Source: Hyaloraphidium curvatum SAG 235-1 (lineage: Eukaryota; Fungi; Monoblepharomycota). Taken from it: a stretch of 64,000 bases of DNA. The DNA is taken from positions 1 through 64,000 of the forward strand of contig JAIVFI010000001.1 in assembly GCA_025558095.1 (NCBI GenBank). Direction: 5' to 3'. The translations under genes were made by a program, and so were the position numbers. The notes under the pieces are model-generated. The model saw only the letters and a program-made list of their open reading frames with translations. It did no database searches and was not told where the DNA came from. The first letter of the stretch is position 1. Every line of letters starts with the position of its first letter. Positions 11,551 to 21,573 of the stretch are shown here, piece after piece.

Positions 11551-11899
11551 CCCGTCCGGAAGGAACCGCGTCAGCGTGCTCCGCGCGGTGGACGGTCCAT
11601 CCACAAAGCAGCGAGGCGCGAAAGAAAAACACGATTGCAAGGTCGAAGGTTTACGAGAGCCGCGGAGGGGATGTGGACGAAGCGTGCAACCGCGTCCCCG
11701 ACCGAAGCGAGCAAAACGCGCGGCCATCGACATCATGCGCAAGCTCATTCGGGGCATCGACGTCTACGTCTAGCTTCTAGCATCTAGCTTCCAGCGCACC
11801 GGAACACGGTGCGGTTCCACGTCCCGACCCTCCCCGTCCGGGCGCCGCGTGCACGCACCGCCCCACCCCCCATCTCGCCCCAACCGCGCCCGTCCACTG

Positions 11900-12679
11900 T
11901 CAGCGGGACCCCCACCTTCCGCCCCCCCGCCCCGCCAGCCCCAACCGCACGAGCCGCCACCACGCCGCCACCCCCGCCGCCCACGCCTCCACCCCCGCCC
12001 TGCCCCCGCCTCCCGGCCCGGGATGGTAGTACGTCCTCCCCGCGGCCACCACGCGGTCCTCGCGGAACACGAGCAGCGGGTGGGCGAGGAGTTCCGCGCG
12101 GGGCGCCCACGACGCCGCGCGGGCGAACCCCGGAGGGTCCGCGAGCAGGCCCCGCACCAGCCGCGCGGCCTCGCGGGGGAGCAGTTCCGGGAACGCGAGG
12201 AGCAGAGCGTCGCGTGCGTCGCCCGCCGTCGGCAACCCGTCTTCCTCGGAGGGGAGGGAGGCGGGGGACAGCGTGGAGGCGGAGCGCGAGGAGAGCGACG
12301 AGGGCGGGCGGGCGGTGGCGTGCGAGTCGGTGCGGAGGAAGGGGGGTTCCGGGTCGTCTTCCGGGGAGGAGTCCGAGGAGGGGTCCGGGGAGGGGGGGGG
12401 GAGCCACGCCGGCCGCACCTCGGACGCCGAGGCCGCCTGCACCGCCAGCGGCTTGAGCACGTCCCCACCCCACCACTCCCTCTGCCGCTCCTCCCTCGCC
12501 CTTTCCTTCAGGATGAGCGGCTCGAAGAGGTCGCACAGGTACCAAGCGTGCAGCTCCCCGTCGTCCCTCTCCTCCTCCGGCTCCGGGCTCGCCACGCGCC
12601 TCCGCTTGCCCGACACCGCGGGGCACGACGTCCTCGCGGAATGCAGCTCCAGCCCTGCGAGCAGCAAAGGGCAGGCCAT
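11900..12679 (-). CDS. Hypothetical protein (3' end uncertain)
   Basis: ATG 12679, natural-looking composition (WYLCDLFEPLILKE, DALLLAFPELL, HPLLVFREDRVV); no recognised domain. Confidence 0.5.
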   Translation of the reverse strand: MACPLLLAGLELHSARTSCPAVSGKRRRVASPEPEEERDDGELHAWYLCDLFEPLILKERAREERQREWWGGDVLKPLAVQAASASEVRPAWLPPPSPDPSSDSSPEDDPEPPFLRTDSHATARPPSSLSSRSASTLSPASLPSEEDGLPTAGDARDALLLAFPELLPREAARLVRGLLADPPGFARAASWAPRAELLAHPLLVFREDRVVAAGRTYYHPGPGGGGRAGVEAWAAGVAAWWRLVRLGLAGRGGGRWGSR

Positions 12680-13186
12680 TGCCGTGTTTGGGGCGGGAAA
12701 TCGGGGGCGGCGTGTGGCGCGGACGGGGGACATGACGCGCCACGGCGGGATCGCGATTGCTCATCGGCCCCCGAAATGACGCCGAGGGCGGACCCCGGAA
12801 GGTGCGGGAATCGCGCTCCTCTCCTGAGAAAATCGGTATCCGGGTCATCGGGGCGCCGATCGGCCTGTGGACGCCCCTGCCCGCCAGCATCCGCGGATGC
12901 GGCCCTGCATGGCTGGGCGGCCGGTGCGGGCCGGGCCGCAATCGGGCCGGTGGCGCGATCGATCGCGGGAATCCGTGCGGCCACGGCACCGAGGTGTCAC
13001 CTGGGCAACCGTGGACGCGGTTTCCGTGTTGGCCGTGCGGGCTTGCGGCCGGTTGCCGGCATTCCAGGCTTGTGGGCGCCGGCCGGGCCGGGAGGGCCAG
13101 TTGAGCCGCGACTCCGGGCACCTCGCCACCACCAAATCACGGGCCAGACTCGACCGGCACGCTGCCCTGAGAGACGACCGCCCGCG

Positions 13187-13723
13187 ATGGCCGCGTCGCT
13201 CGCGCCGCTCCTCGCGCACCCGTCGCCGCGCCGCGCGCCCGCCGGCCGCCTCGCGGGGGTTTGCCCCCCGCGCTGCCCGCCCGCGCTGCTCCCCGCCGAG
13301 CACGCCGAACACGCCCGCCCGCCCCCGCACACCGCCGGGCGGCTCTCCCCCGCCCCCGCCGCCCGCGCCCCCGCGCTGCCGCCGACCCCCGCGCCGACCC
13401 CCGACCCCGACACGCACGTGCCCGACGCGGACCCCCGGCACTCCCGCCGCCCGCCCGCCCTCCCGCCCTCCCCCGCCCCCCCCTGCGACAGGGACGACTT
13501 CCCCCTCCTCGCCCGCCTGCTGGCGCACGAGACGGCGCGGCACGAGCTCGCCCGGGCGAGGCTGAGGCGCACCCCCCGGCCGTCATCCCCCCCGCCCCCG
13601 CTGGACACCGCCGAATCGGACCCGCTGGAAGGAGAGTGGACCGTGCCCCTCTCCGCGGACGCGGAGGAGGACGCGGCAGGCGGGGTCGGGGAGGCACGTG
13701 CTTCGCCACCCCCGGCGCGGTGA
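13187..13723 (+). CDS. Hypothetical proline-rich protein
   Basis: ATG 13187 to TGA 13723, divergent from the 12679 gene; helical segment DDFPLLARLLAHETARHEL. Confidence 0.35.
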   Translation: MAASLAPLLAHPSPRRAPAGRLAGVCPPRCPPALLPAEHAEHARPPPHTAGRLSPAPAARAPALPPTPAPTPDPDTHVPDADPRHSRRPPALPPSPAPPCDRDDFPLLARLLAHETARHELARARLRRTPRPSSPPPPLDTAESDPLEGEWTVPLSADAEEDAAGGVGEARASPPPAR

Positions 13724-14370
13724 CCGGCCCCCCCGGTTCGGAGGCGCGGGTCGGGATGATATCGATACCATGGCGTCAGGAATGTAATCTAGCATCGTCG
13801 TAGGCTGTTTGGACCGGGGATCGGATGGGGGCAGGGTGGACGGAGGGCGGCGTGTAGGCACGTGATCGGCCCTGAAGAGACCCTGATGTGCGCGGGAAGA
13901 ACCCCGAAAGACCCTGGAGGATGTCGTCCGCGGGACCTCGGATCGCAAGCGCGGCCGCTTCGTTCGGGGGAAGAGGTGGGTGGCGGCGGGCGGGTGGTGC
14001 GGCGGACGGGTGGGTGTTTCGGCAGGGATCGGGGCTCGTTCGCGCCCCGGTTCCCGCTCCGATCGCGGCCCGAGATCGCGCCTGCCGATCGGGTTCAATC
14101 CTCACTGTCTGCCGCCACGACGTGGAAGTCCGGCCGATCCTTTGACGCCGCCTTTTGCTTGGGGGCTGTCAGACCTGGGCCCTTCGAATCCTGTTCGGGC
14201 ATGGACCGTCCCGGATGGACAGCACGGCGCCAGGGGACGATTTCAAAGCCGTACACGGTCCAAATCCCCGTAATGGTGCTGCCGGTAACACGCTCCCGTA
14301 GCGCGTCAGCAGCGAGGACGGATCGTCCTCCACGCGGTTTATGTGCGGGCTCGATCCATGAGCACCCACA

Positions 14371-15396
14371 ATGGCCGCGCCACGAATCGACGCCGCCCCG
14401 CTCCTGCGTCTGCTCCGGACCTCCGCCGTCGATGACGCGTCTATTGCCTCCGCCGCGGCCCTCGATGCGGCGCTGCGGCGGCCGGGCAGCGCGGTGCTCT
14501 TTTCCTCCGACGCGTCGCTGCCGCTCTTCCCTCCGAGCACCGGTCGGGTGGACGCGATGGCGGCGATGCACGCGGCGGCGGACCGCGTCTTTGCAATGGC
14601 GGAAGCGGAAAAGCGGTTGCGGCTGCCCCGCGCGCGGGGACCGGTCACGCGGGGTTACCTTCCCGTCGCGGCCGAGAGCGGCAGCCCCGAACTGGTGGAG
14701 GCCAAGGAAGCCTGGGCGTTCGGCCGCGAGATCGACGCGGCCGGCAACGCCCTGGAAGCACGGAACGCGTGGCCGGACGACGAGGCGGCGCCGGGGTTCC
14801 GGGACGCGTGCATCGCCGGCCTGGACGCGCTGGAGGAGCTCCGGCGGGCGGTGACGGCGGGCCTCTCGCTGGCGGCCTACGACGACCCGCATTTCTTGGA
14901 GCGCGAGTGCTGTGGCCCGGAGGCGGACCGGCTGGCCATGGTACGGCTTGCCCAGTATGTGCCGCACGCGCTGGCCGGCGACGCGGCCGGCAAGCAGATC
15001 GTGGGCTCCTCCCCGCACACCGACTGGGGCTTCCTCACCCTCGTTCACCAACCCTCCTCGACCCCGGGCCTGGAGCTCTTCCTCGACGGCGCGTGGCACG
15101 CCGTCCCCGCGGCGCCGGACGAGGTGTTCGTCCAGGCGGGCGACTACCTCAGCCTCCTCAGCAAGGAACGCTGGCACTCGCCCCTGCACCGCGTTCTCCA
15201 TCCTCCGGGCTCGGAGCGCAGGTCGGCGGTGTACTTTTCCTACCCGCGGTTCGGGTGCCCCGTGCCCGACACGTCGGCAGGGGAGGGGAGGATCAGCCTG
15301 ACCAAGGCGCAGGGGGAGCGGGGCGGCGGTGCGGCAAGGAGCGGGACGTTTGGGGAGTGGATGGTGGCCAAGTGGGCCGAGGTGCAGAGGGGTTGA
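14371..15396 (+). CDS. 2-oxoglutarate/Fe(II)-dependent oxygenase (IPNS/ACC-oxidase-like)
   Basis: RGY, HTDWGFLTL (HxD), HRV and RRS(AVYF) (RxS) motifs; intronless. Confidence 0.92.
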   Translation: MAAPRIDAAPLLRLLRTSAVDDASIASAAALDAALRRPGSAVLFSSDASLPLFPPSTGRVDAMAAMHAAADRVFAMAEAEKRLRLPRARGPVTRGYLPVAAESGSPELVEAKEAWAFGREIDAAGNALEARNAWPDDEAAPGFRDACIAGLDALEELRRAVTAGLSLAAYDDPHFLERECCGPEADRLAMVRLAQYVPHALAGDAAGKQIVGSSPHTDWGFLTLVHQPSSTPGLELFLDGAWHAVPAAPDEVFVQAGDYLSLLSKERWHSPLHRVLHPPGSERRSAVYFSYPRFGCPVPDTSAGEGRISLTKAQGERGGGAARSGTFGEWMVAKWAEVQRG

Positions 15397-15711
15397 CTTT
15401 GGCGTGGGCCGTTGGCGCAGGGCCCGACACTCACTGGGGGCGGGGGTTTGATTCCGCGGGCCGGAGGGGGCCAGCAGCCCCAAACGCGGCGGCTTTTGAT
15501 TCAAATTGAAGTTCATCATTGCCTCAAGCTCTTTGGCTTCGATCGGCGGCCATCCGGGCTGCGAATGAGACCGGTTCGCCGTTTGTCTCCCTTGGCGAGA
15601 GCCGTTGGCGGCTGGTGCGTTGCCGCCGTGCCCGACTCCCGACCTCGCTGTCTCGCCCTGTCCACCGAGCCTCCTCCGCTCCCTCCCCCCACCCTCCCCC
15701 CCTTTGCCGCA

Positions 15712-17545
15712 ATGCCCGACGCCGCGACGCTTCTCGGCTACGCGGTCGTTGCGGCGGCCACGCTGTTCCTCCTCAAGCAGCTCTTCCACAAGCTCTTCCT
15801 CGACTTCGACGACGACTTCAAGACCGTCCTTTCTATGCCCTTTGTCGACCGCCCGCCGGCCGACCGCCTCACGCAGCTCCATTTGGTCGACGCCGAGCTC
15901 GTGAGGAAGCACGGCCCGCGGGTGCGCTACGTCAACATGCTCAAGCCGTGGGAGTCGACGCTCGTCATCGCCGACCCGGCGCTGCTGCGCGAGATCTTCG
16001 TCGGCGTGGAGTGGCAGAAGTGGCAGCGCGGGACCTACGGCACCACGCAGGAGGCGCACGCCGCCTACACCGCCGGTGGGGGGCCTCCCGAACCCCGTTC
16101 CCCTCGCTCTGATCAGGACCGTCCCCCCGGTTTGTCCAGGCCTGATCTCGACGCCCAACAACCAGCTCTGGCGCGACACCCGCGCGCTGTTCGAGCGCAC
16201 CTTCACCACCGTCGCCGTGCGCAAGTACACGCCCGTCCTGCTCGAGATCCGCTCCGTCCTCGTGGACCAGCTGGCCCGGGCCAACAAGGAGAACCCGGAC
16301 GGCTTCGACGTGTTCCCTTACTACCACCGTGGGTGGTCTGGGCGGCAACCGTGTCCTGCAGGCTGACAACAACCCCCACCTCCCCCCAGGGTTCACGTTC
16401 GACACCATCACCCGCCTCGTCTTTGGCTCCGAGATCCGCGCCCAGACCGAGTCCCGCGGCGCCGACTACGCCCGCAACTTCGACCTCTGGCTCGACTCGG
16501 GCGCGCTGCTGGCCACCCTGGACATGTTCCTCGGGAAGTGGTCCTGGGCCCTGGCGGGCAAGGTCGTGGCGCAGCAGAAAAAGTCGCACGACATGATGTT
16601 CGGCCTCATCGAGGAGCAGGTGCAGCGGATGAAGCGGGGGGAGAAGCGCAACTGCATCTTCGACGACGTTTACGGCAAGGAGGACATGTCGGCGCTGATC
16701 AACGACGACCACCTCCGCAAGGCCCTCATGTCGGTGCTCTTTGCCGGCCACGACACGACCGCCGCCCTGCTCGCCTTCATGACCTACGAGCTCTCCAAGC
16801 GGCCCGACCTCCAGGCCGCCATCCGCGCCGAGGTCGAGGAGGTCAACGGCTCCGGGGACCTCTCGAACCTCGAGGTCCTGGAAAAGTGCAAGGTCCTGAA
16901 CGCGTGCATAAAGGAGAGCCTGCGGATGCGGCCCTCGGCGCCCTACGGCGCTGGGAGGTACGTGACAGAGGGGTTCGAACTGCGGTACCAGGACCTGGAG
17001 GGGAAGCCGGCGAGGGTGGTTGTGGGGAACAACCAGCAGGTCCTGCCGGCGCTGCACGCGATGCAGAACTACCAGCCGTACTGGTGGGTGTCCGCCTGGC
17101 GCGGCGGATGGCGGTCGGGCTGACCTGCCGATAGGGACAAGGACGTCAGCAAGTTCCTCCCCGAGCGCTACTACGACGACCCCAACGGCGGCTCCAAGGC
17201 CGGTCTCTTTTCCAACGCACCATTCGGCAACGGTGCCCGGCGCTGCGTCGGGGAGCGTCTCGCACGTTGGTTCTCTGCCCGCTCCCCGGACGAGGATGGC
17301 CGCTGATTCCCCACCCCCGCTCGGCGCAGTCGGCGAGGGCCGCCTCGCGATCGCCTCGGTGCTCCGCAAGTACGACATCCTTCCCGTGCCCGAGGGCCCG
17401 GATACGTGGCAGTTCCAGGAGGTCTTTGCCGGGACGATCAAACCCAACAAGGTGGGTCGGCCGCACGGCAAGGGCCGGACGGCCGGGGGCTGACGTGGTT
17501 CGGCGCCGGCAGGTGATGATTAAGCTCAAGCCCATCGCGGCGTGA
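15712..17545 (+). CDS. Cytochrome P450; introns 16076-16139, 16329-16389, 17084-17134, 17266-17329, 17452-17512
   Basis: N-terminal TM anchor, AGHDTT, KESLR, FLPER and FGNGARRCVG heme motif; all five GT-AG introns restore the frame. Confidence 0.93.
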
Positions 17546-17699
17546 GGGCGGTCCTGGTGTCGGCGCGGCGGAGGAGCGGGATTTGGATCTAGTGCTGCAC
17601 AGGACGATTGATCTGACTACGGTCCACGGTTCTCTCATGCGCAAAGCTTCCCACCGATTGCCAGGCATCGGGTTTCTGTTTGCTTCGTCCAACTCTGCT

Positions 17700-18798
17700 A
17701 CGTACAAGAAAGTCATGTTGGGATCAGACGCGCTCGCCGCGCTGCCAAGGCCACGGCGGAGGTCGGGCACGCGTTTCGTGACATCGCGCACACCGAGATC
17801 CCCACGCCGCCGTCGTCGCTCTTGAACGACGGGCAGAAGCCTGCGAGCTGGCGGGGGTCTGGGAGCTTTCGCTACCGCAGCTTGAGCGGCGCGAGGCCCT
17901 CCAAAACGAAAACGCTCGTCGGCCCCGTCCACCCGGCCCCCCGCCAGTTCCACGAGGCGCGCCACATCGCGGACACGAATGTCTGAGCAGGTGAGTTCGA
18001 TCGTGGCGCCCATCCCAGGATCCCCGGCGACCCCGGCCCAGAAAAGGAGCTCCCGGACGACCGCCGCCGCGTTCCCCTCGTCCACGTCGTGGAAGGCCGG
18101 CAGGCGCGGCACCAGCCACAGGAAGCCCCGGAAATGACCGAGCGACCAACGGATCCGGGAGAGGTGGGCCGGGTCCGCGCCGCTGATCTCCACCGTGCCC
18201 AGGGTGTAGTCGACGATTTCATCCCGGGCGGGGAGGTCGACGAAGAACGCTGATGTGGTCGGGACGACCGATTCGTCGACGAAGAGCTTCTGCAGCGACG
18301 GGCGGCGCAACAGGGAGCACAGAAGTCGTCGGGAGCCTCCGCGTCCACCGCCTCGTCCCTCACCTCGCATGGGTCAACGCAGTCGAAGGCGCACAGCTCC
18401 GCGAGCTCCCGCATCAGCTCGCAGCACGTTTTGTCCGGGAAGCCACGATCAGGGTCGAGCAGCCTGGACCGCACGAGGTGCCGGGCGTGGAGCTTCTCGA
18501 AGAGCCGCGGGCGGAGCAGTTGCCAATGGGTGCGGCACGCGCTCGCGAGCCGAAGCAGGGTCTTTGACCGCGGAGGAAGCAGCTCGCCGATCTTCATGAC
18601 GAGTTCGGGCGGGAGGGTCGGCCCCTCCGCGTCGGCACTGTCGCGCGACGCGTCGTCCGCGTGGGGCTGCAGGCGGCCGCGGAGCGACGAGTTCTCCGCC
18701 GCCAGTGCCGCGGTCTCCGACGTCAGGCGGGTGACTTCGGCGCGCAGAAAGGCCAGCTCGGCCTCGGCGTCGCCCGCGCCGCCCGTGGTCTGGTCCAT
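17700..18798 (-). pseudogene. Coiled-coil plus F-box-like protein, apparently frameshifted near 18330
   Basis: LAFLRAEVTRLTSETAALAAENSSLR coil; LPPELVMKIGELL..KTLLRLASACRTHWQLL F-box-like motif; continuation in ORF 17438..18370; 3' end unclear. Confidence 0.55.
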
Positions 18799-18923
18799 TT
18801 CGGTGTCACGAGTCCCGAGCTCGTGGACCCGGTCGTCCCGCCGGAAGCCACACACAAGTTTGTCAGATCCATCTACAGGCCAAGCTATCGGTCCAAATAC
18901 ATCGACCATGTCAACGCTGCCGA

Positions 18924-21383
18924 TCAAATCTCCAAGGCCTTGAACGCCAGCTCGTCCAGCATCGACGGCGCGGGCGGGCACGGCACGTTCCACCGCGGCT
19001 CGCCCTCTGGCTTGGGTACGATCTTGAAGTCCGTGACGATGGGGTACCTGAGCAGCCGCCCGATCTCGCCCCTGTCGCCCGGGAACCACATGCGCGTGGT
19101 GAAGGTGCCGTCGGGGCGGTAGACCTCTGTTGGATGGGCGTTGCGTGTCAGCTTGACCGGGGAGGCGGCCGGCGCGCGGGCCCACTGTAGTAGGTGTTGT
19201 GCGGTCCGTTGGCCACCCTGCGGACGCGACGTGAGATGTGCCGGCCGGCCTAGCGACGGGGAGGTACCCACGGGCAATTCTTGACGCGCTCGTCGAGCCT
19301 CTTGGTCCAATCCGCGATCGCCTCGCGGGTGGGCTCGATGCTCCTCGCGTTCTTGCCCAGGGCGTAGCGGAGCACCTGTACCGTCCAATCCATGCCGTCC
19401 TCGACGGCGTCGATGATCGAGGCCCCGCTGGAGGTCGGGGAGCGGTCAGCTCCCATCATTCCGCGGTCGCACGCAAGGATTAATGGTCGACCCACAGGGT
19501 AAAGGTGCTCGGCCCGCAGCCCGAGAAAAGGTTCGGGAACCCCTCGTACATCTGCCCCATGTAGGTCCAGATCCCGAGCTCGCTCAGGTCCGGCACCGGC
19601 TGGCCGTCGACAAAGTTGAACTTGACGTTCATCATGGAGGCCTCGAGCGGGAGGCCGCCGCGTCCGAAGAAGGGCGTCATGCCTTTCTTTCCGGTCATCG
19701 CTGCCCATCCGGTTGCGTCTGCGCGGGCGAGTAAGGGGGCGGCGATCGCTCGGCCAGTGAGCAATACCTACAGACGATGACGTCGAAATCGTGGTGCGTC
19801 TGCGGCGCCTTGTCGTCGATGATCAGCTCCCTCGAGTCCTGCGCCGCCGTAACAATCCCCGTCTCGTCGATCCGCACGATCCGGTCCTGCACGACCTCAA
19901 CGTTTGGCTTTGTGAGTGCCGGGTAGAACTCGTCGTGGAAGGTCATCCGCCTTCCCCACGGCTTGTAATCCGGCCACAGGATCCTGCGCAGCCGCTCGTC
20001 CTTGACGTTGTCGTACAGGTTCGAGCGCGAGTCCGCGATCGCGACGGCCTGCTCCTCCGAGCCGTCGAGGACGCCCGAGTCGTGCCAGTTCTTGAAGAAG
20101 CGGCGGAACCAGCCCTCGCGGAACTGCCGCATGGCCATGGGGTTCGACCGCCACTCCTTCTTCTGCTCGTCGGTGAAGGGGCGGTTGTCCCGGTGCCGGA
20201 CGTGGTTAGGGGTGCGGTGGAACACCGTAAGGTGCGAGACGGTGGGCTGCAGGGCGGGAACGAGTTGCACGGCCCTGGATGTGGGAAATGGATGACGGTC
20301 AGCGAGATCCTGGGTAGTAATCGACGCGAGGAAACCCACGCCGCCGCGCAGCCAATCAGCGCCACCCTCTTCCCCTCCACGAGCTCCAGCCCGTTCTCGG
20401 GCCACCGCATCGAGTGCCACGCGAGCCCCTTGAACGCCTTCTCCGTCGCGCCGGGGATGTCGGGCAGCCCCGGCGCGCCCGTGGTCCGCTGGGTGTGCAC
20501 CAGGAATTCGACCTCGAACTGCTCTTCCGGCAGCGACTCGTACTCGGGCCACTGCGGCCCGACGGGGTTGGAGATGCGCGCCCAGGCGGGAAGCTTCAGA
20601 GGGTCGTTGGGGTCCTCGGCGACGGAGCGCTCGGGGAGCTTCGAGAGGTCCTTGTAGAAGACGGTCCTGGGGAGCGAGAGCCGGGTCAGGGACGCGGGCT
20701 GTCGCCGGCGCGTAGTGCCCACCAGACGCCCTTCTCCTCGTTCCAGACACCTCGCGTCGTCGCGCAGTTGAATCGGAACAGCTTGCGGACGTCGTACACG
20801 TCGGCCACACGGCAAATGTAGTCGTTAAGCTCCTGGCGCGGGGGGTACGGCCGCGACCAATTCGGGTTCATGGCAAATGAGAAGGAATAGAGAGGGGCTG
20901 GCGGGCGTGAGCGAAGGTGGGGCAGGGGGTGCCAAGGACGGGGAGCGGTGAGCGAACAGGGAGAAGCACCGCGGGCGGCCACATTCGGGCCCACCAGGAA
21001 TGTCGCAGCTCAGGCCGGGATATTGAACCTCGAACCATGTTCCGCCGAGCTCTGAAAAAGGGCAGAGCAGCATGAGTGAGTAAGCCCGTTAGCGTCTGTC
21101 CTCGTCCCGCTCCCGCCCTCGGCGACGCACCCGGATTGCGCTCGACGCCGATGATGTTCTCCTCCTTGATGCCGAGCTTGTCGCGGAGGTAAATCGCAGC
21201 GACGATTCCGCTGAGGAAAGGGGTCAGGCCGCGGTCCAGCGGCTCGAACGTGAGCGGATCAACCTGACACCGCCGCCGACTGCACGGACGCCGTGAGCAC
21301 GAGCGGGGGCGGAGAGCGCGAGAAAGACACCCACTGATTCCAACGCGAGCATCGGCACGCTGGTGGAGGCCGTTGGTAGCCAT
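18924..21383 (-). CDS. Flavin-dependent monooxygenase (Baeyer-Villiger type I/FMO family), multi-exon
   Basis: Spliced IIGGGVSG Rossmann motif, LGGTWFEVQYPGLSCDIP, FKGLAWHSMRWP (FxGxxxHxxxWP), RTPN, DVIVYATGW, YMGQMYEGFPNLF. Confidence 0.9.
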
Positions 21384-21573
21384 TGGCGAAGCGGCGGAGG
21401 AATAGTACGAGGGTGGACGCGCAGGTTGAGGCGCGGGAGGGAGACATAACCCTGTTTTGCCTCCAGGCTCGAACGACGGCCGACATCGCAGCATCAGCTC
21501 CGGAAAAACAGCATTCTGGCAAGCGCCGGAGCTGCAATTCAGGCGCCCCGTGGCGGCGCGGATATCGTACACC

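Noticed and set aside
11769-11791. TCTAGC repeated three times
   Set aside because: Too short to interpret; likely slippage
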